Assembly (NCBI GenBank): GCA_943787795.1
Contig: CALSNU010000003.1
Location: 256,001-320,000, forward strand
Direction: 5' to 3'
Length of the DNA stretch: 64,000 bases
Origin: an uncultured bacterium
GTDB taxonomy: Bacteria > Planctomycetota > UBA1135 > GCA-002686595
The notes below the pieces were generated by a model. It was not told where the DNA came from and ran no database searches. It was given only the letters and a program-made list of their open reading frames with translations. Made by a program: the position numbers and the translations under genes. Shown piece by piece: positions 54,674 through 64,000 of the stretch (position 1 is the stretch's first letter; each line of letters starts with the position of its first letter).

Positions 54674-57385
54674 ATGATGGGGAGCAGCCATGAGAGGGAG
54701 GGGAGCGCGTCGGTCCGGTCCGGCGGCGAGCGGCGGGCCCGCAGGGCCCAGGGCGTCGAGGCCATCGCGCATCGCCTCGGGACCGAGCCGCCCTGGAAGG
54801 GACGCATCGTGCACTGGCGCGAGGCCGCCGCGAGGCCTGGTCGGACCTCCCCCTGGCCCGAGGCCCTCGACGAGCGACTCGTGGAGGTCTTCAAGGCGCG
54901 TGGGATCGAGGAGCCCTACGCCCATCAGTCGGCCGCCATCGAGGCCGCGCTGCGGGGCGAGGACGTGCTGGTGGCGACGCCGACGGCCAGCGGCAAGACC
55001 GTGTGCTACACCGCCCCGGTCCTGCAGTCGCTGCTCGAATCCGACGGCGCCTCCCGAGCGCTGTTCCTCTACCCGACCAAGGCCCTCTCTCAGGATCAGA
55101 CCGTGGGCCTCACGGGGCTGGTGGAGGAGTTCGTCTCCCGCCACGGGGACGCCACCGGCGCGAGGGACTGGCACGCGTTCACCTACGATGGCGATACGCC
55201 GCCGAGCGTTCGGCGCACCCTCAGGGACCGCGGGCACATGGTGCTCACCAACCCCTACATGCTCCACCAGGGCATCCTGCCCAACCACGCCAAGTGGGCG
55301 GAGCTCTTCCGCGACCTCCGGTACGTCGTGGTGGACGAGGTCCACACGCTCTCCGGGGTCTTCGGCTCCAGCGTGGCCAACGTGCTCCGACGCCTGATGC
55401 GCATCGCCCGGCATTACGGCGCGAACCCGAGGTTCCTCGCCTCATCGGCCACGGTGGCGGACCCCAAGGGGCACGCCGAGCGCCTGTTCGGACGGCCCGT
55501 GACGGTGGTGGATGAGGACGCATCACCCGCCGGCAAGCGCATCTTTGGCGTCTACGAGCCGCCCGTCGTGAACCCGGTGGCGGGGCTCCGCGCCAACGCC
55601 CTCGAGGAGGCCAGGGAGCTGGCTCGGGAGGTGGTGGGGCCCGGGCACCAGACCATCTTCTTCTGCGGTCGCCGCACGGCGGTCGAGGTGCTGACCCGGT
55701 ACCTGAAGGAGACCGCGAAGCAGCTGGGGCTCAAGCCGAGCGAGATCCGCGGCTATCGGGGCGGGTACCTGCCGGACATGCGGCGGGAGATCGAGTCCGG
55801 CCTGAAGGAGGGCAAGGTCAAGGTCGTCGTGTCCACCAACGCCCTCGAGCTGGGCGTGGATATCGGGGCCCTGGACGTCGCCGTTCTGGTGGGCTACCCG
55901 GGGAGCCAGGCGAGCTTCTGGCAGCGGGCGGGGCGGGTCGGCCGCCGCGGGAAGCCGAGCCTGGTGATTCAGATCGCCCGCAGCGAGCCGGTGGACCAGT
56001 TCCTCGTCCACCACCCCGAGTTCCTGTTCGAGGCGCCGCGGGAGCGCCTGGGCGTCGATCCGAACAACCTCGTGCTGCTCAGCGAGCACGTGAAGTGCGC
56101 GGCCTTCGAGCTGCCCTTCCGGGCGGCGGCCGAGATTGCCGAGGACCGGGGTGCCGAGGACAGAGCTGCTGGGGACAGAGCTGCTGAGGACAGAGCTGCT
56201 GAGGACAGAGCTGCTGAGGACAGAGCTGCTGACGATGGGGCTGCTGACTTTGGGGCTACTGAAGACCGGGCTGGCGAGGATGGCGCCGAGGTGCTGGAGA
56301 ACGAAGCCGAGTTCGAGCTCGCGCCGCACGTTCCCGAGATCCTGGACTACCTCGCCGATGAATCTGGCTTCCTGCACCGCAGGGGGGAGACCTGGTTCTG
56401 GATGGCCGACGCCTACCCCGCTCAGGATGTGTCCCTCGCGGGCGGGGACATCGACAACGTGCTCATCCTCGAGCAGGGCACCGAGCGCGCCATCGGCGAG
56501 ACGGATCGGGAGTCCTCCATCACCACCGTGCACGAGGGCGCCATCTACCAGGTCCAGGGGGTCACATGGCGGGTGGAGCGCTTCGACTACAAGAATCGAC
56601 GCGCCTACGTGCGGGAGGTGGAGTCGGACTACTACACGGACGCGCAGACGGACACCGAGGTGCGCGTGCTGCGCCTCGAGGAGCGCTCACGCCGGGACCG
56701 TGCGGTGGCGCGCGTGGAGTCGCCGGTTCCCCCTGAGGGACCCCGTGAGGGCGAGGATTACTCGGGCTGGCGTGGAGAGGTGCACGTGACCACGGTGGCG
56801 ACCCTGTACAAGAAGATCCGCTTCTATACCCGCGAGAACGTGGGGGCCGGGGATATCCACCTGCCCCCCGAGGAGCTCGACACCGAGGCCTTCGTCATGA
56901 CGCTCTCCGAGCCAACGGCGGACGAGCTCGGGTTGGCTGGCGGGAACCGCGGGGCCGCGTGGCGGGCGCTCGGGGAGCTGCTGCGGCGGGTCGCGCCCCT
57001 GTTCATCCGTTGCCAGCCCTCTGACCTTGGCCTCTCCAGCCACGTGAAGTCGCCACACTTCAGCAGGCCGACGCTGTTCCTCTACGACAAGGTCCAGGGT
57101 GGCGTCGGGCTCGGGGAGCTGCTCTTCAACGCGCATCGGGATCTCCTCGGTGCGGCGCTGGACGTCGTGACCCGCTGCTCGTGCCCGGCGGGGTGCCCCG
57201 CCTGCGTGGGGCCAACTGCGGAGGTCGGGCCCCTGGGCAAGGAGACCGTGGAGCGGCTTCTGAAGCACCTGGCGGGTGGGCCGTCGCCCACGGTGGCGGA
57301 CGTCGGAGACCTTGAGGCCCCCGCTGAGGAGGAGCCCGCGGACTTCGGTCCGCTGCCCCGCGGCGCGGCCACGGAGGGGCTCTGA
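54674..57385 (+). CDS. DEAD/DEAH-box helicase with DUF1998 (MrfA/YprA/Hrq1-like)
   Basis: TPTASGKT, LYPTKAL, DEVH, SAT, STNALELGVDIG, QRAGRVGR and C-terminal CSCPAGCPAC. Confidence 0.93.
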   Translation: MMGSSHEREGSASVRSGGERRARRAQGVEAIAHRLGTEPPWKGRIVHWREAAARPGRTSPWPEALDERLVEVFKARGIEEPYAHQSAAIEAALRGEDVLVATPTASGKTVCYTAPVLQSLLESDGASRALFLYPTKALSQDQTVGLTGLVEEFVSRHGDATGARDWHAFTYDGDTPPSVRRTLRDRGHMVLTNPYMLHQGILPNHAKWAELFRDLRYVVVDEVHTLSGVFGSSVANVLRRLMRIARHYGANPRFLASSATVADPKGHAERLFGRPVTVVDEDASPAGKRIFGVYEPPVVNPVAGLRANALEEARELAREVVGPGHQTIFFCGRRTAVEVLTRYLKETAKQLGLKPSEIRGYRGGYLPDMRREIESGLKEGKVKVVVSTNALELGVDIGALDVAVLVGYPGSQASFWQRAGRVGRRGKPSLVIQIARSEPVDQFLVHHPEFLFEAPRERLGVDPNNLVLLSEHVKCAAFELPFRAAAEIAEDRGAEDRAAGDRAAEDRAAEDRAAEDRAADDGAADFGATEDRAGEDGAEVLENEAEFELAPHVPEILDYLADESGFLHRRGETWFWMADAYPAQDVSLAGGDIDNVLILEQGTERAIGETDRESSITTVHEGAIYQVQGVTWRVERFDYKNRRAYVREVESDYYTDAQTDTEVRVLRLEERSRRDRAVARVESPVPPEGPREGEDYSGWRGEVHVTTVATLYKKIRFYTRENVGAGDIHLPPEELDTEAFVMTLSEPTADELGLAGGNRGAAWRALGELLRRVAPLFIRCQPSDLGLSSHVKSPHFSRPTLFLYDKVQGGVGLGELLFNAHRDLLGAALDVVTRCSCPAGCPACVGPTAEVGPLGKETVERLLKHLAGGPSPTVADVGDLEAPAEEEPADFGPLPRGAATEGL
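56141..56275 (+). repeat. In-frame 15 bp tandem repeat, about 9 copies (gaggacagagctgct; EDRAA)
   Basis: Read directly inside the helicase CDS; near-perfect central copies, decayed flanks. Confidence 0.9.
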
Positions 57386-57393
57386 GCGCGCAG

Positions 57394-58935
57394 ATGAAGG
57401 ACGGCTTTCGTTCCAAGCTCGCCCGGCTACGGCGTGAGGGGGACCGCCTGCGCTCGGACGCGTCTGGGAAGACCGCGGCTGTGGTTCCCAGCGCAGAGGA
57501 CCCCAGCGCAGAGGACCCCAGCGCAGGCGATCGGGACGTCGGGGCTCTGACAGCGGGGTTGCCGAGCGCAGGGGCTCCAACCCCCGGGGCTCCAGTCCCC
57601 GGGGCCTCGGGTGCTGCGGCCGCGATGCCCGCGAGTCTGAAGGCGCGCCTGGGGGGGCGCACACCCGGCGCTCGTCGCGTGCCGGGCAGCGGGCCAGGCT
57701 CCCGAGGCGCCGCCCCCGAGGGCGGGGCAGATGGGCTGCGGGAGGCGAGCTCGGCACCTCCCTCCGGGCTCGAGGAGGTGCGGCGAGCCGAGGGGAGCTT
57801 CGCGGCGCGGGAGACTCGCGTGGACGTCGGTCGCTGGCAGCACGGCGACTGGCGCCTCGATGAGGTGGACGGGGCCGGGACGGCCACCATCGCGCGGCTG
57901 GCACGCGACGCGGCGCTGGTGCAGATGCCGCTGCGAGAGGCGGTCTACCTGGACACCGAGACCAGCGGGCTCTCGGGGGGGGCCGGTGTGTATGTCTACA
58001 TGGTGGGCCTCGGCTGGTTCGAGGGGGATGAGTTCGTGAGCTGGCAGGGGTTCCTCAGGGAGCCGGGGGAGGAGCGGGCCATGCTCGCCGCGGTGGCCGA
58101 GCGGCTGCGCGCCGCCCCCGGGATGGTCTCGTTCTTCGGCAAGTCCTTCGATCGTCATCGCCTCGAGGACAAGATGCGCATCGCCGGAGTGACAGCCCCC
58201 TTCGACGGCCTGGCGCACCTTGACCTCTACCATCCGCTCCGGCGCTTGACCCAGGGCACGCTCCCCGACGGTCGGCTCCAGACCATGGAGCGGGAGCTCC
58301 TCGGCTTCCACCGGGTGGATGACCTGCCGGGGAGCCTGGCTCCTGCCGCTTGGTTCGACTTCCTGGCCGAGCGGCCCCACCGGCTGGAGGGGGTCTTCGA
58401 GCACAACCACCATGACGTGCTCTCCCTCGCCGCCTTGGCCGCGTACCTCGGCCGAGCCGAGGAAGAGACGCGCCTGGACGGCGAGCCGCTGGCGGGCGCA
58501 CCCTCTCAGCGGGCGGTGGCGCTGGCGGAGACCGCGGCCGACGAGTCCGAGGAGTTGCGCTGGATCGAGGCGGCCTTCGCCCGCGGCGCGGCGGGCGAGC
58601 CCCGTCGTCGGCTCCAGGTCCGTCAGGCGCACCTGCACCGCCGCGCGGGGAGGGTCGAGGCGGCCCGCGCCGCCTACAGGGTCGCTCTGGAGGAGGGCGC
58701 CGAGGACCGCCACGCGGTGGAGCTGTTCACGGGCGGGTCCATGCTCCTGGAGCGCCAGGTCGGTGATCTGGCCAGCGCTCACCGCCTCGCGGAGCGAGCC
58801 TTGGAGGCGGGGGTGCGGCTCGGGCTGACCGCACGGCAGCAGGAGCGCCTGCGGGACCGAGCCCGGCGGCTCGCGTCGCGGCGGGCGGCCTCAGCGGCGC
58901 CAGAAGCGGCGCAGGGCCTCGGGGAGAGCGAGTAG
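57394..58935 (+). CDS. RNase H-like DEDD exonuclease with TPR-like tail (MrfB/YprB-like)
   Basis: YLDTETSGL, FFGKSFD, HLDL and HNHHDVLSL; directly follows the DUF1998 helicase. Confidence 0.85.
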   Translation: MKDGFRSKLARLRREGDRLRSDASGKTAAVVPSAEDPSAEDPSAGDRDVGALTAGLPSAGAPTPGAPVPGASGAAAAMPASLKARLGGRTPGARRVPGSGPGSRGAAPEGGADGLREASSAPPSGLEEVRRAEGSFAARETRVDVGRWQHGDWRLDEVDGAGTATIARLARDAALVQMPLREAVYLDTETSGLSGGAGVYVYMVGLGWFEGDEFVSWQGFLREPGEERAMLAAVAERLRAAPGMVSFFGKSFDRHRLEDKMRIAGVTAPFDGLAHLDLYHPLRRLTQGTLPDGRLQTMERELLGFHRVDDLPGSLAPAAWFDFLAERPHRLEGVFEHNHHDVLSLAALAAYLGRAEEETRLDGEPLAGAPSQRAVALAETAADESEELRWIEAAFARGAAGEPRRRLQVRQAHLHRRAGRVEAARAAYRVALEEGAEDRHAVELFTGGSMLLERQVGDLASAHRLAERALEAGVRLGLTARQQERLRDRARRLASRRAASAAPEAAQGLGESE

Positions 58936-59475
58936 CTCCTCCTCGAAGACCCGGGCAGCCAGCGCTTCGGGGGTGTCCTCGGGGTGCACCGCACACCAGC
59001 GCTGGAGCAGGATCGGCCCGTTGTCATAGACCTCATCCACGAGGTGAACCGTGCAGCCCGTCACCTGACATCCGCGTGCGAGCACCGCGCGGTGGACCCG
59101 CGCCCCGTAGCAGCCCTTGCCACCAAAGGCGGGCAGGAGCGATGGGTGGATGTTGATCACGCGCCCCGCAAAGTCCTCCGGGATCCACAGCTTCTTGAGA
59201 AAGCCCGCGAGGATCACGGTGTCCGCATCGGCCGCTCGGATCAGGTCAAAGACGCGTCGCCCGTAGGCCTCGTCCGACTCCCCCTCGACCCCTTGCAGCA
59301 CCTCGGCTCGGAGACCGAAGCGCGCGGCTCGATCCAGGGCGCCGACGCCAGGGCGGTTCGAAATCACAAGACCGATCTCGGCGTCGAAGTCGGCGGCTGG
59401 ATCCGTCGATAGCGTCGCCAGGTTCTCCAGGTGCCGTCCGGTGCCGGACACCAGGACAGCCAGGCGGTGGCTCAC
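58891..59475 (-). CDS. purN: Phosphoribosylglycinamide formyltransferase
   Basis: LAVLVSGTG, ILAGF, INIHPSLLPAFGG, GCTVHLVDE.YDNGPI. GTG start at 59475 overlaps the upstream TGA. Confidence 0.93.
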   Translation of the reverse strand: MSHRLAVLVSGTGRHLENLATLSTDPAADFDAEIGLVISNRPGVGALDRAARFGLRAEVLQGVEGESDEAYGRRVFDLIRAADADTVILAGFLKKLWIPEDFAGRVINIHPSLLPAFGGKGCYGARVHRAVLARGCQVTGCTVHLVDEVYDNGPILLQRWCAVHPEDTPEALAARVFEEELLALPEALRRFWRR

Positions 59476-60365
59476 GCCTCCACCTCTGCAGCGCGCTCTC
59501 GGGCGATGGGGCCGACCTGTCGGGCGACGTCGTCCACCAGCTGATCGAGCACGGGGGCCGTGTGTTCGGCGCGGGCCACGATGGCCGCGACGTCGAGGTC
59601 GTCCTCGCCGGCGACGTCCGTGATGGCCACGAGGGCGAGGCACGCCATCCCCGCATGGGCGGCGGCGATCAACGGGTCGCCGAGACGCTGCACCGACACG
59701 TCGCAGCCTGCGGTCTTGTGCCAGGCCAGCTCCGCCGGGGTGCAGAGGGCGGGGCCCGAGGTGCAGGCCGCGATCCCGTTGGTCAGGTCGAGGCCGCGGC
59801 GCTTCGCGGCGTCCCACGCCAGCTCGCCAAGCCGCTCATCGTGGACGCGCGTCTGGTCGGGAAAGAGCGGACCGAGTCGACTCTCTCCGAGCCCCCGGAG
59901 GGGGGAACGCCCGGAGAGGTTGAGATGGTCGACGAGGCGGACGACGTCTCCGGCGACGAGGGTCGCGCCGTCCGGGCTCGTGGAGCCGAGCGCGGTCCCG
60001 GCGGAGGTGTGGATCATCAGCCGGGCACCTGCGGCGCCGGCGAGCCAGACGGGGAACGCGCGGTTCCAGTCCGGTTCAGGGCCGTGCTCGAGGTCCGCGT
60101 CGTCCTCGATGAGCCAGACCAAAGCTACGCCGAGGCGGCCTGCGCGGAGGGTCACTCCGTGCCAGGCCGCCGGGACGCCGGGGACCTCGCGCAGGGGGAC
60201 CACCACGGAGTCGGTCATCCTGGCGGGGAGGTCGCCGGGTCCGGTGGCGAGCAGCAGGAGAGCGTCGGGGGAGCCGACCTCGGAGTCACGGAGCGCGTCC
60301 GCGGCCCGCGCCACCGACCGGTCCAGCGGATTCCAGTCCGCGCGAAGGTCTTCGTTCGAGCTCAT
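59472..60365 (-). CDS. Purine-nucleoside phosphorylase-like protein, diverged
   Basis: DHLNLSGRSPLRG..RLGPLFPD, GP...TPAE, AAHAGM and ITD fit the trimeric PNP fold; several catalytic motifs are altered. Confidence 0.75.
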   Translation of the reverse strand: MSSNEDLRADWNPLDRSVARAADALRDSEVGSPDALLLLATGPGDLPARMTDSVVVPLREVPGVPAAWHGVTLRAGRLGVALVWLIEDDADLEHGPEPDWNRAFPVWLAGAAGARLMIHTSAGTALGSTSPDGATLVAGDVVRLVDHLNLSGRSPLRGLGESRLGPLFPDQTRVHDERLGELAWDAAKRRGLDLTNGIAACTSGPALCTPAELAWHKTAGCDVSVQRLGDPLIAAAHAGMACLALVAITDVAGEDDLDVAAIVARAEHTAPVLDQLVDDVARQVGPIARERAAEVEA

Positions 60366-63300
60366 TGCTCCGCTCCGCCGTCCGAGAGGAGCATGACGAC
60401 CCAGGTGTCCCGGTTCTCATTGACGAGGCGCCCCAGGAGGGAGGTGCAGAGGCTCCAGTCTCCATCCTGTCGGGCGAGGATCGCGTCAGCCAGGAGTCGC
60501 GCGGCGCCGCGCTGGCGGGCGGCATAGGAGCCGCTACCGGGTGCCCGCTCCACCCACTCCTGGACCTCGGAGAAGGACTGCAGCGCCTTGGTCGCGGCGC
60601 CTCTGGTGACCCGTCGCCCATTCTTGCTCAGCGCCGGGTCGAGGGCGTCGATCAGTTGTAGTGAGGCGCTGAGGCCCATGAGGGTGGCGATACCCTCCGC
60701 CTCGTCCTCGGTCCAGCTGCGGTCGAGTCGCCCCTTGAACAGGTTGTCGAGGGCCTTGGTATTCGAGCTCCAGGCGGAGAGCGGGACGCGATCGGGGGCG
60801 CCGTCGGCCTCGAGCATGAGCCCGCCGGGAGCGGTTCCCAGGACGCTGACGTTCCCAGTTCCCCTCGGATCCATCACGCCGCGCCGACGCCAGCCCGGAT
60901 CAGCCCAGCCGGTGAGGAGCGCGCTCAGGGCGAGCTCGCTCTTCTGAAGGCTCGCGGCCATGTCGCGGAGTCGACTGGCGAGCTCGGGATCGCTGGAGAG
61001 CTCGGCGGCCTGGCCAAGCCGTTGGCCCGCGCTGGCGAAGGAGAGCTGGCGCAAGTCGGACTCGAGCTCAGCACCTAGCGAGGCCGCGACGGCGGTGCGC
61101 TCCTTGGCCTTGCGGATCGCGTCGAACGCCTCCTCGCTTCCCCGGAGGTCGTTCAGGCGCTCCCTGGCGGCGGCGGCGAGCGCCTCAAGCTCACTGACCG
61201 AAGCGGGGGCGCCCACGCCCAAGAGCAGGGGAGCCTCCTCCGCGGTGGGCAGGTCCGCGAGGCCGACAAAATCGCGCAGCGGGGCGCGCGTCCCGCTGAG
61301 GTCGCCGCGGGCCGCGGCCTTGTCGGCGGCGGCCATGGCGGCTTCGCCCCGGGTCAGCCCGATCTTCATCGCCCGGTCCACCAGGGCCGTGCGTGCAGCC
61401 ATGAACTCGGGGTCGGTGGCCAGATTCGCCGGCGCGACGATCAGGTTCATGGCGCGCAGGGCCTGGCCAGGGTGGAAGGGGCTCGCCTCGAAGTTGGCGG
61501 CGGCGGTCAGGGCTTCCAGCGCCGCGCTGATCCCGGCAGCCCGTGCCTGGGCCACGTCGGTGGCGGCGGAAGCACCAGATTCGATGAGCACGGCCTCCTC
61601 GAAGGCGCGCGCCGCCGCGTCGGTCCCGGCGAATTGCTCGGCCAGGAGGCGCAGCCGGGCGGCGCGATCTGCGGGGGTGAGCAGCTCCTCGTTGAGGGCC
61701 AGGGTGGCGCGCTCGGCCTGGTACTCCAGCTCGGCTTCAGCAGCGGGGGCGCCCTGACGGATGGTGACGCCGTTGGACGCTCCGCCGCTCGCGGAGCTCT
61801 CCCCGCCTTCCTCCGGATCCGGACCCGTCGCGGCATCGGACCCGCCGGCCGAGGGAGGGGCGGCCAGGCCTGTGCCACTGTCAGTGCCACTGCCGCTGTC
61901 AGTGCCACTGCCGCTGTCAGTGCCAATGCCGCTGCCAGTGCCAATGCCGCTGCCACGGCCACTGCCGCCAGGGCTGGTCTGCTCCTCGTCGGCCCTGGCT
62001 GTCGTGGCGGCGCCGCCGGTCTTGAAGGGTTCCGGCTCGGGGGCGGGCTCGTCCCCGCCGCTGATGACCAGGTAGCCCGCGGCGGCGACCGCCACGGCGA
62101 CCACCCCTGCGATGACCCCACCCTTGGAGCTCTTGCCGGCGGTGAGGCCGCCTGTCGGGGCCGTGCCGAGGTCGCCCGAGCGGATGGCCTCCAGCTCCTT
62201 CAGGAGGATGGAAGCGGAGGGCGGACGCTTGTCGGGGTCCTTCTCGAGGAGTCGATGGACGGTCGCCTCGAGGCGCGCGGGGAGGCCGGGGACCAGCGTC
62301 CCGAGCCGGGCGGGCTCCTCGGTCATGGCGGCGCGGAGGATGTCCCGTGAGGTCGGACCCTCGAAGGGGGTCTTGCCGGAGAGGACGCGGTAGGCAGTGA
62401 CACCGAGCGCATACAGGTCGCCGCGCGCGTCAGCGGGCTGGCCCTTGGCCACCTCAGGAGCGATGAAGTGCGGCGTCCCGAAGATCTTCCCGCCGCTGGA
62501 GTCCACGGTCTCCTGCTCCACCTGCACCGCCAGCCCCAGGTCCGCGATCTTGGTGACCCCGTCCTGATTACGCATCAGATTCTCTGGCTTGATGTCCCGG
62601 TGCACGATGCCCCGTGACTCTGCGTAGACCAGCCCCGCAGCTGAGTCCCGGAGGACGTCAAGGGCCTCGCGCCAAGGGAGCGGGCCGAGCTCCTCGAGCC
62701 TGGCCTCGATGGACCCGCCGGCCATGAACTCCATGGACAGGAAGTAGTGGTCTCCTGCCTGGCCCACGTCGAAGACGGTGACGATGTTCGGGTGGTTGAG
62801 GCGGGCGGCGGCGCGGGCCTCATCCTTGAAGCGCTGGACGAAGACCTGGTCCCCGGCGAGCTTGGGCTTGAGCACCTTCAGGGCAACCCTCCTGTCGAGG
62901 CTCTCCTGCGTGCTCAGATAGACGTCGCCCATGGCACCGCGTCCGAGCAAGCGGTCCACCTGATAACCCGTGATCGCGGGAGCGCCCGGCTGGGCGGCCG
63001 GCCTCGGCTTCGCGGGCGTGGACGAGGAGCGGGTCCGCGCGGCTGTGGGAGGCTCAGCTGTGGGAGGCGCCGCCGGGGCGGCGGGCTCCGGAAGGACGAG
63101 TTCCTCGACCTCTTCCAGGGCGAGCTCCTCGTGCGCGGGCTCCTCGAGCGCGGGCTCCTGTTGGCCGCCTGCGGAGCCGGGAGCGCCTCCGGCAGGCGTC
63201 CCCTTGGCCGAGGCGAGCGAGAAGATGCGGAGCTTCTTGGACCCGAGGAGAATCTCGTCGCCCTCGCTCAGGCGCGTGGCCTCCACGGGGGCACCGTTGA

Positions 63301-63508
63301 GCAGCGTGCCGAACTCCGAGCCCAGGTCGCGCAAGGCCCAGCCTCCTCCCTTGATGCGCCCGATCGCGCAGTGGACACCCGCGACGCCCTGGCCAGGTAC
63401 GACGAACGAGGCCTTCTCGCTGGACGAGCCGATCACGAGCTTGCCCTGGCGCGGGAGCTCGGCGGGGGCTCCGCTGGACCCAACCACTTCGATGTAGAGC
63501 GGTTCCAT
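60362..63508 (-). CDS. FHA-domain Ser/Thr protein kinase with TM segment and large C-terminal helical region
   Basis: N-terminal FHA-like (HCAI, DLGSEFGTLLNG); LGRGAMGDVY, VALKVL, HRDIKPEN, KIADLGLA and GTPHFIAPE; TM GVIAGVVAVAVAAAGYLVI. Confidence 0.92.
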   Translation of the reverse strand: MEPLYIEVVGSSGAPAELPRQGKLVIGSSSEKASFVVPGQGVAGVHCAIGRIKGGGWALRDLGSEFGTLLNGAPVEATRLSEGDEILLGSKKLRIFSLASAKGTPAGGAPGSAGGQQEPALEEPAHEELALEEVEELVLPEPAAPAAPPTAEPPTAARTRSSSTPAKPRPAAQPGAPAITGYQVDRLLGRGAMGDVYLSTQESLDRRVALKVLKPKLAGDQVFVQRFKDEARAAARLNHPNIVTVFDVGQAGDHYFLSMEFMAGGSIEARLEELGPLPWREALDVLRDSAAGLVYAESRGIVHRDIKPENLMRNQDGVTKIADLGLAVQVEQETVDSSGGKIFGTPHFIAPEVAKGQPADARGDLYALGVTAYRVLSGKTPFEGPTSRDILRAAMTEEPARLGTLVPGLPARLEATVHRLLEKDPDKRPPSASILLKELEAIRSGDLGTAPTGGLTAGKSSKGGVIAGVVAVAVAAAGYLVISGGDEPAPEPEPFKTGGAATTARADEEQTSPGGSGRGSGIGTGSGIGTDSGSGTDSGSGTDSGTGLAAPPSAGGSDAATGPDPEEGGESSASGGASNGVTIRQGAPAAEAELEYQAERATLALNEELLTPADRAARLRLLAEQFAGTDAAARAFEEAVLIESGASAATDVAQARAAGISAALEALTAAANFEASPFHPGQALRAMNLIVAPANLATDPEFMAARTALVDRAMKIGLTRGEAAMAAADKAAARGDLSGTRAPLRDFVGLADLPTAEEAPLLLGVGAPASVSELEALAAAARERLNDLRGSEEAFDAIRKAKERTAVAASLGAELESDLRQLSFASAGQRLGQAAELSSDPELASRLRDMAASLQKSELALSALLTGWADPGWRRRGVMDPRGTGNVSVLGTAPGGLMLEADGAPDRVPLSAWSSNTKALDNLFKGRLDRSWTEDEAEGIATLMGLSASLQLIDALDPALSKNGRRVTRGAATKALQSFSEVQEWVERAPGSGSYAARQRGAARLLADAILARQDGDWSLCTSLLGRLVNENRDTWVVMLLSDGGAEQ
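61872..61970 (-). repeat. In-frame 18 bp tandem repeat encoding a GSG(T/I)(D/G)(S/T) linker
   Basis: gtgccactgccgctgtca-type units on the + strand. Confidence 0.8.
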
Positions 63509-64000
63509 CAGTCGTCCTCGGCCCGCTTGAGGGCATCCGTAGTCAATGGGGGCTGGGGCGCTTGGTCGAGCGTCGCAGGGTGTGGAAGATCGACGAAGAG
63601 AGCGGACCCAACCCGGACGAGGTCAGAGCCGAGCTCGGTGGCGAGGGCCGCGTCGCCGCTCATCCCCATGGAGAGCTCGCAGCGGCGCTGGTGGAAGGCC
63701 TCGGGTACCTCATCTTCGAGGCTCCGGGCGAGCTCGCGCGCCTCCTCGAAGACCTCTCGTGCCGTGCGATGCGAGCGAAGCGGGCCCATGGCCATCAATC
63801 CACGGACGCTGATGGCGGGAGATTCCGCCAGCCGCAGAGCGGCGGCGGCGGCCTCGTCCCCTCCGAAGCCGTGCTTCTCATCCTCCCCGGTCAGGTTGAC
63901 CTGGATGAAGACGTCGATCTGGCGCCCGAGCTCCTCGGCAACGCGCGCGACGGCGTCCGCGAGGCGCTCCGAGTCGACCGAGTGCAGGACGTGCACGTGC
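63508..64000 (-). CDS. yggS: YggS-family PLP homeostasis protein, 3' part; 5' end lies beyond the window
   Basis: HSVDS, IQVN..GE..KHG, GLMAMGP, LSMGMSGD and GSDLVRVGSALF. Confidence 0.92.
   Translation of the reverse strand, partial: HVHVLHSVDSERLADAVARVAEELGRQIDVFIQVNLTGEDEKHGFGGDEAAAAALRLAESPAISVRGLMAMGPLRSHRTAREVFEEARELARSLEDEVPEAFHQRRCELSMGMSGDAALATELGSDLVRVGSALFVDLPHPATLDQAPQPPLTTDALKRAEDD

Overview
A very GC-rich (about 70% by eye), gene-dense bacterial window. It is most likely from a Planctomycetota lineage; this is inferred from protein families and domain architectures, not from a marker gene. I found no rRNA, tRNA, CRISPR array or mobile element. Left part: the 5' part of glgA, divergent from a six-gene operon (three ATP-grasp ligases, a peptidase S51/cyanophycinase-like protein, two alpha/beta esterases); a secreted trypsin-like protease; a beta-barrel-like lipoprotein; glgC, divergent from a debranching-enzyme-like/GT4/GH57 operon. 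Middle: a large FG-GAP/ASPIC-UnbV/TPR gene interrupted by one in-frame TGA that is followed by a SECIS-like hairpin; sixA; two dynamin-like GTPases; an NHL protein; dnaK; a glycan/amino-sugar locus; alkB. Right part: a TMEM43-TerB fusion; a CMF-like hydrolase; gadB; a Gld-like ABC operon; an MrfA/MrfB-like helicase-exonuclease pair; a yggS-FHA kinase-PNP-like-purN operon. The two strongest leads are (1) the candidate selenocysteine/readthrough recoding at 21088-21090 and (2) the glycogen-linked triple ATP-grasp/esterase/peptidase operon. Two single-base frameshifts at C5 runs may be sequencing errors. All family assignments come from motif recognition by eye; no searches were run.
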